Program-made: the position numbers and the translations under genes | Virus record (IMG/VR): IMGVR_UViG_3300050033_000335 | Coordinates: 1 to 62,758 of that record | Strand: one strand, 5' to 3' | DNA: 62,758 bases | DNA from: a virus | Taxonomy: Duplodnaviria > Caudoviricetes | Part shown: in pieces, positions 40,001 to 48,015 of the stretch | Layout of the letters: each line of letters opens with the position of its first letter | Numbering within the stretch: position 1 is the stretch's first letter | The notes under the pieces: generated by a model | What the model was told of the DNA's origin: nothing | The model's database searches: none | What the model saw: only the letters and a program-made list of their open reading frames with translations

Positions 40001-40087
40001 ACAGCCACAGTGGGGTCTATAGGGTTGGGAAATGTTATATTTGGTCGGCATGGAAAAATAACTGGAACAATAATCTCTCATCCTTAA
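37052..40087 (+). CDS. exported multidomain glycoside hydrolase family 26 with C-terminal beta-repeat domains
   Basis: Signal peptide; YRPFHEMNGNWFWWG, YYPGTNYVDIVGYDIY, KPFAITEYG; three PNxGY-type (InlB-B-like) repeats. Confidence 0.88.
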   Translation: MLNRLLIILFILLFARLGFAAPVVSSSSGTFNNGATVTVSGAGFGIKSPATPVLWSDFATSISPSNLGQKTSWDGNDNMVYSTSLPSGTGTTNGVVGAWGTQTGTAAFDLQVNQSNYSKVYNFTKMYLTNTSSSNMKFWRLWPTTLYNDFVASTSQGGICLNEVDTTNPSRYQAVSFSPNTWYTQEFMWQYSGGTGIPSNGGNTGIWDYKQNGLTMQHMENVNNNGGYGNTQNNLVDGVFTDSDDLLPNGSKVYMTSFYVDNTYARIMIGNASTLAASTQREIQIPQAWSATQATVVVNQGSFANNSNAYLYVVDSTGAASNALAITFGSGSGGGGPVVTSFTLPSTSASLTVPISSFTATDPNGVTGYCVTTTNSSSGCSWNSSPNTSITFGSSGSQTAYAWAKDAAATISSSVSASTTINLSSGVTTADTNANARTVATLSYLKNLSNQYVGGQMTQIGWDNMIPTIKSNFGNYPGVIGFDAHYDYSSSELSQLASWSNGQGSNSNSLITLVEHLNNPVTQSSIHSPGSGSGSGTAWDTTSVDFSALTTNSNFLADLSDVANTIATLQTAGVTVLYRPFHEMNGNWFWWGNKPAAQFISVWQFIFNYLTVTKGLHNILFVYSINGNTGNDTTYYPGTNYVDIVGYDIYNGVNPVISSDYSALTALGKPFAITEYGPCTASGCSSNTNWSAFISDVKSSMPKTTYWMNWSDNGSPATSGNSWVYNSSGTTGILADSSVITGNEISLGSSPYSITTSVSGGNGSLSCSPTTVSSGGSSTCTLSPNTGYSISSLTDNSSSVMSSLSGKTYTISNVTGNHSIIAGFIINSYTVTATPGSNGTLDGSTTSPKTVNYGGTTDFLFDANTGYYVKSISGCNQTAFNNSLNTVNSQSYTTGTITGACTVTGNFSIQVWPMAFLAGPNGSISGTSPQNINYGSNCTSVTAVPNAGYNFVNWTGTNGFSLTTANPLTVTGVTTSQTITANFTATVGSIGLGNVIFGRHGKITGTIISHP

Positions 40088-40099
40088 GGAAATAAACCA

Positions 40100-40546
40100 A
40101 TGATAACTACGGAGCAAGCATGTGCAAAAATGCATGATGCTGCAATTAAAGAATTAGGTATTCATGAGTCCGGAACAGCTACTTCTACAGCTAGAATTAT
40201 AGAATACGATCAGCATACAGCACTAAAAGCAACATCAGATCATGTTGCATGGTGCTCATCTTTTATTAATTTTATTTCAGATGAATGCAGTTTCCCCGGA
40301 ACTAATTCAGCAGCTGCCATTAATTGGCTGACATGGGGAAAGAAACTGAAAGAACCTATTCTGGGATGTATAGTGGTCTTGAAAAGGGATGATTCTCAGA
40401 ATCCTAATGCTGCTCATGTCACATTATGTGATCACCCCAATATTGCAAATGGGATGATAAGGTGTTTGGGAGGAAACCAGAGTGGCGGAGTAAAAGTCTC
40501 CAGATACCCAACTAAAAATGTGCTAGGGTATAGATCTCCAATATAG
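40100..40546 (+). CDS. NlpC/P60-like peptidoglycan peptidase (TIGR02594-like)
   Basis: AWCSSF catalytic Cys, AHV, LGGNQS. Confidence 0.85.
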   Translation: MITTEQACAKMHDAAIKELGIHESGTATSTARIIEYDQHTALKATSDHVAWCSSFINFISDECSFPGTNSAAAINWLTWGKKLKEPILGCIVVLKRDDSQNPNAAHVTLCDHPNIANGMIRCLGGNQSGGVKVSRYPTKNVLGYRSPI

Positions 40547-40630
40547 TTTGAACAAGCAAGGTGGTACCAGAAAGGGCCGAACGTAGTTAAACCTTTATCT
40601 TCCTACTACCTAAAATAAAAGAGGTGTTAA

Positions 40631-40795
40631 ATGGACTATTTGAAGAGGTTTGATCCGATAGAAATAATATTTGCATTTGCAATATGCGCCGCGGGGGTGT
40701 GTGCGACAATAAATGGGGATCAGAGTACAATCAGTTTTTGCTTAGGAGCGGCGGCCACCTATATTAAAGGCAAAACAACCTCTGTCCCAAATTAA
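40631..40795 (+). CDS. putative holin (54 aa, two hydrophobic segments)
   Basis: GAGGTG RBS; IIFAFAICAAGVCATI and ISFCLGAAATYI; next to peptidase. Confidence 0.55.
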   Translation: MDYLKRFDPIEIIFAFAICAAGVCATINGDQSTISFCLGAAATYIKGKTTSVPN

Positions 40796-40830
40796 CCGGC
40801 CCTTCGAAGGGGCCTACAAGGAGAAACAAC

Positions 40831-41286
40831 ATGTTTGATTTATTCGCAAAGATTGAAACGGACCTCAACAATTTGAAGACATTCAACAGTAACATCGCTG
40901 CAAAATTAGAGACAGCCTTAACGTCTCATAATAATTTTGTTACCGACATGGAAGCTCTTACCCAGCAGCTTCAGGGGACTGGGCTTCCTGTGCCAATGGT
41001 AGTTAGTACAGCTATAGCTCAATTGGCTAATGCACAGCCCATGTTGGCAGCTTTCGGGCCAAAGATAGCTGGCATTACAGCTGCAATGAATCAGGTTCTT
41101 AGCGATATGGCAGCTCCCTTAGCTCCTGCAGTTGCTCCGGTACTTACTCCGGCAGAACTTGTAGCCGCAGCACCTGCAAGTGCTCTTGGCCCAGCAGCAG
41201 GTGTTCCTGTTGGTGCTTCAGCGACTCCAAGTTCTGCAACTGCTGCAGTTGAAGCAATCTTGATGGGAGCATCAGCGGTAAAGTAG
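40831..41286 (+). CDS. Ala/Pro-rich hypothetical protein
   Basis: AAGGAG RBS, 151 aa. Confidence 0.75.
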   Translation: MFDLFAKIETDLNNLKTFNSNIAAKLETALTSHNNFVTDMEALTQQLQGTGLPVPMVVSTAIAQLANAQPMLAAFGPKIAGITAAMNQVLSDMAAPLAPAVAPVLTPAELVAAAPASALGPAAGVPVGASATPSSATAAVEAILMGASAVK

Positions 41287-41362
41287 CAACGGGGCCTCCA
41301 ATTATTGAAGCGGATGCCCCTATTCCGGCTAGATAATTTCATTTTTATTGTTATTGTTATTG

Positions 41363-41402
41363 CCCCAGGTGTTTTTCTCCTTTTACGCCTGGGGTATTTT
41401 TA
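41363..41402 (+). terminator. intrinsic terminator ending the late region
   Basis: CCCCAGGTG...CGCCTGGGG then TATTTTT. Confidence 0.6.
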
Positions 41403-41449
41403 CCTTTTTAACAGAAACTAAAATACCCTATATAGCAGCCAAATTAAAT

Positions 41450-41476
41450 TAATTACCAAAAACTTTTTGGTAATTA
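41450..41476. repeat. perfect inverted repeat (13-bp arms) in AT-rich intergenic region
   Basis: TAATTACCAAAAA-C-TTTTTGGTAATTA. Confidence 0.9.
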
Positions 41477-41679
41477 TTTATTTTAGAGATATTCTTGTAT
41501 TCTTGTATTCTGGAGGTTAAGAATTAAGCTAAATTCCTTAATAAATAAGGTATTTAGCTATCCCAGTTGCCAAAATACACTAAAGGTAAAGAAATATTTT
41601 GGTATTTATTTAATTCCAGCTCTATATACAGGCATTTTAGAAGGCCGCTTTAGGTTAAATTAAAATAATATCTGAGGGC

Positions 41680-41707
41680 TTTACTTTTTTCTAAAGGTGT
41701 TTATAAT
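41680..41707 (+). promoter_or_regulatory. sigma70-type promoter for replication arm
   Basis: TTTACT-16 bp-TATAAT. Confidence 0.65.
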
Positions 41708-41895
41708 TGGCTTTAGGATTAAAGGGAGGATTTAAAAATGCTTACCGATATGATTTGGCGTTGGCTGTTTACTCCTAAACCATGTGGTTGTACATTTTGG
41801 TTAGCATGTGATGCCCACAGCCGAATACTCTCAGAAATTGATGAAGATTTAAGGAAAGAAGAGAATAAAAAAGCAGATATCCATGTAAAACTACA

Positions 41896-43539
41896 ATGGT
41901 GAGTATTACAGATTATAAGCCCAAGACTGCATTCCTTGAGCATCAGGCTGAAGACTTCCTTCTGGCTCGGGATTGGAAGGTCTGTGCAATTACTAGTGAG
42001 ATGGGTACAGGAAAGAGTAAGCAGATCATCGATAATGCAGCCTGGCTCTTTCTCCGGGGTAATATTACCTCACTTCTAATAATCGCCCCTAATGGCCCTC
42101 ACCGCGCATGGTGTGAAGATCAGATTCCAGAACATATGCCCGAATATATCCCAGTAAGGGTAGCTTATTGGGCCGCCTCTCCAAATAAAGTGGAGAAAAA
42201 AGCATTAGACACTACAGAAAAAATAGTATTCTCTGGTCTGGATATTCTAAGCATGAACATACAGGCTATAGCTACTAAGAGAGGATTTGAGTTTGCTCAG
42301 AAGTTCCTTAGAAACAGTGGCGCTTGTATGATGGTAGTGGACGAATCCTCCGGAATTAAGAACCCATCGGCTATTTGTACTAAAAATATCTTAAAGTTAG
42401 TGCCCCTTACAAAATATAGACGTATTCTTAATGGCACACCTGTTAGCAATGGCGGTCCTAATGATCTATGGGCACAGTATGGATTTTTGGATTTTAATAT
42501 CATAGGCCACTCTAGTTTTATTACTTTTAAGGCTAGATATACTCAATTAATTGATGTAGCTTTAGTACTTGCTATGGGTAAATTTTCCCCTTCCCATGAA
42601 ATTAGGCAGGCTCAACAAATTCAAAGAATTATTCATAAGACGCCTAGAGCTGCATTTGCTCAGTTTGAATTAAAGGATGAAAATGGGCGTCCTCAGTATC
42701 AACGACTAGAGGAGTTAAGGAGTAAGGTTGTCCCTTATACTATTCGCCGTACTAAGGCTGAGTGCCTAGACCTTCCGGAAAAGCTCTATGTGAAACGATA
42801 TGTAGAGTTGAGTACAAAACAGAGAAGGATCTATGATCAGCTTAAAAAAGGCATATTGGTTGAATGTGATGGGCATGTAATGTCAGCGCCTATGGCTGTA
42901 ACTAAGTTAATTCGATTACAGCAGGTTACTGGAGGATTTTTTGTACCGGATCTTATGTCGGTTAATGATTCATGGTCTGAACCAGGATTGTTTCATGATG
43001 ATGATTTTACTCCGGTTACTGGTTATTCCTGTATAGATCGATTACCTCAACCTATAGATGAAATAAACCCCAGGATTGAATGTCTTATGGATCTACTAGA
43101 AGAAACTTCTGGAAAGGTAATTATTTGGGCTAGGTTCAGAGCTGAAATAGCCCAGATTGTAAAGAGAATAAAAGATGTATACGGTGAGGAGTCGGTTGTT
43201 GAGTATCATGGTGGGGTGGACAACACCGAAAGGCAGAATTCAGTTAAGGCTTTCCAAACTAATTCTACCGTCAAATATTTTGTGGGACACGTACAGGCTG
43301 GCCGTTTTTTTCTTACTTTAACTGCTGCACAAACTGTGGTATATTTTAGTAACAACTTTTCACTCCTCGACCGAAATCAGTCTGAAGATCGGGCGCATAG
43401 GATCGGGCAAAGGAATCCTGTAACCTATGTGGATTTAGTAGCACTTAATACATTAGATGTAAAGATTATCGGGATGCTTAGGGGTATGCAGGATGTAGCT
43501 AGTATGATTACGGGGGAAAATATTAGGGAGTGGATTTAA
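41896..43539 (+). CDS. SNF2-like superfamily 2 helicase
   Basis: EMGTGKS, VVDESS, LNGTP, QSEDRAHRIGQ. Confidence 0.93.
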   Translation: MVSITDYKPKTAFLEHQAEDFLLARDWKVCAITSEMGTGKSKQIIDNAAWLFLRGNITSLLIIAPNGPHRAWCEDQIPEHMPEYIPVRVAYWAASPNKVEKKALDTTEKIVFSGLDILSMNIQAIATKRGFEFAQKFLRNSGACMMVVDESSGIKNPSAICTKNILKLVPLTKYRRILNGTPVSNGGPNDLWAQYGFLDFNIIGHSSFITFKARYTQLIDVALVLAMGKFSPSHEIRQAQQIQRIIHKTPRAAFAQFELKDENGRPQYQRLEELRSKVVPYTIRRTKAECLDLPEKLYVKRYVELSTKQRRIYDQLKKGILVECDGHVMSAPMAVTKLIRLQQVTGGFFVPDLMSVNDSWSEPGLFHDDDFTPVTGYSCIDRLPQPIDEINPRIECLMDLLEETSGKVIIWARFRAEIAQIVKRIKDVYGEESVVEYHGGVDNTERQNSVKAFQTNSTVKYFVGHVQAGRFFLTLTAAQTVVYFSNNFSLLDRNQSEDRAHRIGQRNPVTYVDLVALNTLDVKIIGMLRGMQDVASMITGENIREWI

Positions 43540-43679
43540 TGAATATAGTGAAACGACCGAGATGTTTTAGATCTAAACCGAATTATATAGAACAGACTGA
43601 AAATGATTGTTACGAATGTATATACGGGGAAGAATGTCTAGGAATAGGAGATTTGTTGACTCCTAAAGAAAAATAACTA

Positions 43680-43707
43680 TATACTTTTTATTTTTAGTGT
43701 ATATAAT
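43680..43707 (+). promoter_or_regulatory. sigma70-type promoter
   Basis: TATACT-16 bp-TATAAT in an AT-rich intergenic gap. Confidence 0.55.
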
Positions 43708-43742
43708 GAAATAGCTAAAGGATTACAGGGAGAATATAAAAT

Positions 43743-44114
43743 ATGGGTGAAAAGAAGAGTGGCCGAGTTTTTATTCCTCAAGAACCAATGCGGAAAATAG
43801 ATGGCCGCATGGTCTCTATTATGAATTTTAATAATGCTAGAAAATTTGGTGAGCCAATAATTCTTTGCCAGACAGGGCCAGCTGCATTAAATACCATGCC
43901 AACTACCTGGGGGCTAAAGGATGCACTAAGAGATTTTTGTGACGAAGATTATTTAATTTGTGTAGGCGATCCTACTTTAATTGGAATGTCATCTGCAGTA
44001 GCTAGTAATGCCAATAGGGGAAAGATAAATTATTTGAAGTGGGATAATGAATTGCGGATGTACATAGTTGTTAATTTTGACCTGTTCCAGAAGTTAAACC
44101 AATTGGAGGGTTAA
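43743..44114 (+). CDS. conserved phage hypothetical protein
   Basis: DYLICVGDP...LKWD motif; RBS. Confidence 0.75.
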   Translation: MGEKKSGRVFIPQEPMRKIDGRMVSIMNFNNARKFGEPIILCQTGPAALNTMPTTWGLKDALRDFCDEDYLICVGDPTLIGMSSAVASNANRGKINYLKWDNELRMYIVVNFDLFQKLNQLEG

Positions 44115-44117
44115 AGC

Positions 44118-44837
44118 ATGTCTAAAAAGGATTTACTATTAGATGAGATTATGGGAACAATTGAGGAAGAAAATGTTGAACCAAGTAATCTAAAGAATGA
44201 GGGACTTCAGCAGGTGGCAGAACTTGCAAAAAGACAACTTAACCTACTGGGAACTACTTTCGAGGGTGAGCAAATTACTAAAGTTCCCAGTCAATCTGCT
44301 ATTGGCGATTTAATGAAATGGGCTAAAGAACAGGGAGTTGGCTCAATAGATCCTGAACTGTTTAATAAGGACTTGTCTATTTCAGACTTAGCTGGAATGA
44401 TCTTATACCGAATCCAGGAATTACGGACTCTTTCTGAAGTAACTATTCCGGAATTAATGGCCTCGCTTGGTGGTATGTCTGAATTTAAACTCGCTTCTGG
44501 ATTTGTAGTCAAGGTACAGCCTGATCTTACTGCGGCAATCAAGAAGGGTAGTGAGGATGACGCAGCAGATTGGCTTTCATCTAAAGGCTTCGGTGATATT
44601 GTTAAGGATGAATTAAGTATAACGCTGGGAAAAGAGGATAAGAAGATGGCTATAGAATTTAAGAATTTAGCCACTATACTTGGTATCCCTATTTCAGAGA
44701 AGATAGGCGTACACTGGGCTACTCTTAAAGCATTAGTAAAGGAACAACAGGGCCGAGGGGTTGAATTTCCGGAAGAGTGCTTTCAGATTTACAATTATAA
44801 TAAAACAGAGATTAAACCTGCGGGGAAAAAGAAATGA
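44118..44837 (+). CDS. phage replication-module protein (precedes SSB)
   Basis: IPELM, WL...GFGDIVK, VHWATLKALVKE. Confidence 0.75.
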   Translation: MSKKDLLLDEIMGTIEEENVEPSNLKNEGLQQVAELAKRQLNLLGTTFEGEQITKVPSQSAIGDLMKWAKEQGVGSIDPELFNKDLSISDLAGMILYRIQELRTLSEVTIPELMASLGGMSEFKLASGFVVKVQPDLTAAIKKGSEDDAADWLSSKGFGDIVKDELSITLGKEDKKMAIEFKNLATILGIPISEKIGVHWATLKALVKEQQGRGVEFPEECFQIYNYNKTEIKPAGKKK

Positions 44838-45161
44838 CTAAATATTTTTGTGATAGATGCCAGAAGGAAGTTAACAGTAAAAAATTGCTTTTAATACCGG
44901 ATTCTGACTTTTCATATCCAAGTGGAAGTAATAAAGTTGCATGGGAGCTATGTAAAGAATGCTTAGAAAGTTTTGAAGTATGGGTAAAGATGAATAACTA
45001 AAGGGAGGTGATTCAGTGGCAAAGGGTTTTATATTTATCAACTATTATGATACACTTGGGCAATATGTATTTCAAATGGTAATGGAATCCACCTTTTTTC
45101 CGTCGCGGAGGGACGGTCAGTCAATATACCTGCAATTTAGCGCCTAACTAAGGAGATAGAA

Positions 45162-45971
45162 ATGGGAAAAGTTGTTAAGGAAGAATCCAAAGCAGTAGCG
45201 ATTAAAGAAGCTGCCTCAGTACCAATGGAAAGCCAGTTGGCAGCTATGATGGAAGAAGATTCCGGAGTAGGTTTCGAGAATGGTACGGCAGCCGATTATG
45301 CTATCCCCTTCCTGCGGGTTATTCAGAAGGGCAGTCCTGAGTGCGATGAGGCAAGTCCAGAATACGATGAGACAATGCGTCCTGGTATGTTCCAGAATAG
45401 CGTTACAGGCAAGCGATATGACGGCAAGAAGGGTGTGCTTTTTGTCCCGGCTATGTATCTCCGGGTGGGAACCAAATGGGCTTCAAATAAGGCTGATGGT
45501 ACCGGATTTAGGGGGCAGATATCTGCAGCGGATCTGGATCGGGTGCTACTTACCTGTGAGCGTGACGAGAAAGGCCACGATATTCTTCCAGATGGGCTTA
45601 TGCTAGTAGATAATCGGCAATGGTTCGGCCTTACTCTTGACGACGAAGAAGTATCCCCTGTATTATTTTCTCTTAAAGCCACCCAGATTAAGAAGTCAAA
45701 GAAATGGTATGCTTTTGCCAACGGACTTCGGCACAATGGCAAACCTACACCACTATATTCCCAAGTCTACCGTATTACTACTGTCCCGGAAAAGAATGAC
45801 CAAGGCGGCTGGATGGGTGTTACAATTACCCATGAAGGTACTGTGCCAAATGTGGAAGTAGCTCTTGAAGCTAAGAACTTCCGGGGGATGATCCTCAGCG
45901 GCGCGGTCAAGCCTGTCGAGCCTGATATTGAAGAATCTACCGGTGCCGAACCCTTTAACAATCAATTTTAG
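45162..45971 (+). CDS. putative single-stranded DNA-binding protein
   Basis: AIPFLRVIQKGSP, TQIKKSKKW, EKNDQGGW, acidic tail ending in Phe. Confidence 0.75.
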   Translation: MGKVVKEESKAVAIKEAASVPMESQLAAMMEEDSGVGFENGTAADYAIPFLRVIQKGSPECDEASPEYDETMRPGMFQNSVTGKRYDGKKGVLFVPAMYLRVGTKWASNKADGTGFRGQISAADLDRVLLTCERDEKGHDILPDGLMLVDNRQWFGLTLDDEEVSPVLFSLKATQIKKSKKWYAFANGLRHNGKPTPLYSQVYRITTVPEKNDQGGWMGVTITHEGTVPNVEVALEAKNFRGMILSGAVKPVEPDIEESTGAEPFNNQF

Positions 45972-45987
45972 TAGGGTCGATTTCAAT

Positions 45988-46040
45988 GCCCTAGCTCCGA
46001 AGCGAATCGACCTTCGACAACTAGGGGCTAGGGCTTTTTT
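45988..46040 (+). terminator. intrinsic terminator with large structured loop
   Basis: GCCCTAGCTCC / GGGGCTAGGGC stem then T6. Confidence 0.7.
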
Positions 46041-46052
46041 GAGGAGATTATA

Positions 46053-46322
46053 ATGCGTAAAATTCAAGATGTCTCCACTGAGGTACTTCAGGACCAGCTT
46101 CAAGCATTAAATAGTGAAGATCTTGATCTAAATATATGTAGTGTAGATACTGTAGATACTACTTCTTGCAATGGTCCTGGAGAGCAGCTGCAATTTTGTT
46201 ATAATTGCTCGTATGTCTGGTTTGAAGGAGATGTATGTCGATTAGATATAACAGAAGAACAGCGGCTGAAGTGGATTGACGGAATAACTGAGGAATTGGC
46301 GACTAGACGCATTGTTTCATGA
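46053..46322 (+). CDS. hypothetical protein
   Basis: GAGGAG RBS; coupled to primase. Confidence 0.65.
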   Translation: MRKIQDVSTEVLQDQLQALNSEDLDLNICSVDTVDTTSCNGPGEQLQFCYNCSYVWFEGDVCRLDITEEQRLKWIDGITEELATRRIVS

Positions 46323-47920
46323 GTCTCGGCGAAAGATTTCATACATTATTCATGGGGCTTGAAAAGTCTCATGGAACCTATAAAGTCGATGACTCAAAGA
46401 AGCCAGCTGGCGATAAGGTAAAAGGGAAAGCTCTTACTGTTCATGCATCAGTTACAAATGCGTTATGGGATAGGCATCTGGCTGGAGAGATTGGTATTGG
46501 GATTATTCCCATTCGAGAGGATGGGACTTGTCTTTGGGGAGCTATAGATGTAGATGATTATACTACTGATCATATAGAATTAGGGCAAAGAATTAAAAAT
46601 ATTGGGGCGCCGCTATTAGTATGCCGAACTAAAAGCGGTGGCGCTCATATGTATATGTTTTTCTCTGAGCCTATTCCCGGAACCTTACTTAGGGATAAAT
46701 TAAGAGAATGTTCAGTAGCTCTTGGGGTATGGAAAAAAGAACTAGAGATTTTTCCTAAACAAAAAGCATTAGAAACGGATGCTACTGGTAATTGGATTAA
46801 TATGCCTTACCAGCATGCAGATTTTACTACAAGGTATTGCATTCATAATGAAAAACCTCTTGCAGCTGAAGAATTCTTAACTCTGGCTGAATCTTATAAA
46901 GTTAACCTTCAATTTATTCAATCTTTTATACCTAAACTTGCTAAGAATGATGATAATCTTGATGATGAATGGAGTGAGGCACCGCCTTGTCTGGAATACT
47001 TAGTTAAAAACGGCTTCCCGGAAGGGTCTAAAAACAATGCTCTTTTATCCTTAGCTGTGTATGCCCGAAAACGATATGAAGATTGGAAGACTAAAGTTTC
47101 AGAATATAATACGGCATGGATGAGAGGTAGTTTTGAAGAAGTAGCAGGTATTATTAAAAGTATCGGGAAAAAAGAATATAGATATAAATGCGGGGATGTA
47201 CCGCTTTGGGAACATTGTAATAAAGAGCAATGTAAACGGCGTAGATTTGGAATTGGAGAAACAAGAGGAGTAGGCCGACCATCTGCAAGTGCAGCTGATA
47301 AAGACGCAATACTCTGTGTATTAGAGGAAGTGGATCGGCCGATAAGAGTATATCGTCCGCCTGATGGCAGTAGCGATGAGCCTCAATGGATTTTTCCCAT
47401 GTCCAATGGGCATCAACTGGATGTAACTCTGGATATGATATTAGATCAAGGGCGATTTTTACGAGAATATACCAAGCGATTTGAGCGAGTACGGCTCCCA
47501 GTTCCGGCACCTAAATGGCAGATCCTAGCGAATGAGCTTATGGCTGAAGCTGAGGTAATGGAATTACCAGCGGATGCTGGTCCGGAAGGGCAATTAATGT
47601 TACATTTAGAAGCATTCTGCCTAGGGAAAGTTACCGGCCTGGATAAAGATGAGATTACACTTGGTCATCCATGGACAGATCCAGATGGAATAACTTGGTT
47701 TAGGAGCAAAGACTTTCTTAAATACCTTAATCAAGAGCGATTTAAAGCATTTAAATTAAATGAATTATATGCAATCTTTAGGAAGCATGGGGGTAAGAAT
47801 GACAAATTTATGATTAAAAAGAAATGCTGGGGTGTATGGGGATTCCCTGAGTTTCAACATCAGACTGAGGATTTTGCTTCAATAGTAATTCCCTTAAAGG
47901 ATGAAGAAGAGAGGTTTTAA
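46319..47920 (+). CDS. primase (AEP superfamily)
   Basis: WGAIDVD, RTKSGGAH, EIFPKQ, GNWINMPY, PPCL and Cys cluster. Confidence 0.85.
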   Translation: MSLGERFHTLFMGLEKSHGTYKVDDSKKPAGDKVKGKALTVHASVTNALWDRHLAGEIGIGIIPIREDGTCLWGAIDVDDYTTDHIELGQRIKNIGAPLLVCRTKSGGAHMYMFFSEPIPGTLLRDKLRECSVALGVWKKELEIFPKQKALETDATGNWINMPYQHADFTTRYCIHNEKPLAAEEFLTLAESYKVNLQFIQSFIPKLAKNDDNLDDEWSEAPPCLEYLVKNGFPEGSKNNALLSLAVYARKRYEDWKTKVSEYNTAWMRGSFEEVAGIIKSIGKKEYRYKCGDVPLWEHCNKEQCKRRRFGIGETRGVGRPSASAADKDAILCVLEEVDRPIRVYRPPDGSSDEPQWIFPMSNGHQLDVTLDMILDQGRFLREYTKRFERVRLPVPAPKWQILANELMAEAEVMELPADAGPEGQLMLHLEAFCLGKVTGLDKDEITLGHPWTDPDGITWFRSKDFLKYLNQERFKAFKLNELYAIFRKHGGKNDKFMIKKKCWGVWGFPEFQHQTEDFASIVIPLKDEEERF

Positions 47921-48015
47921 GAAATTGAGATATTTAGTGGTTTATCCATCACATAATAAATATTTTAAGGAGCACGCACGCATTAGGCGCGAGTGTAAAA
48001 TTCGGGGGGCTGAGT

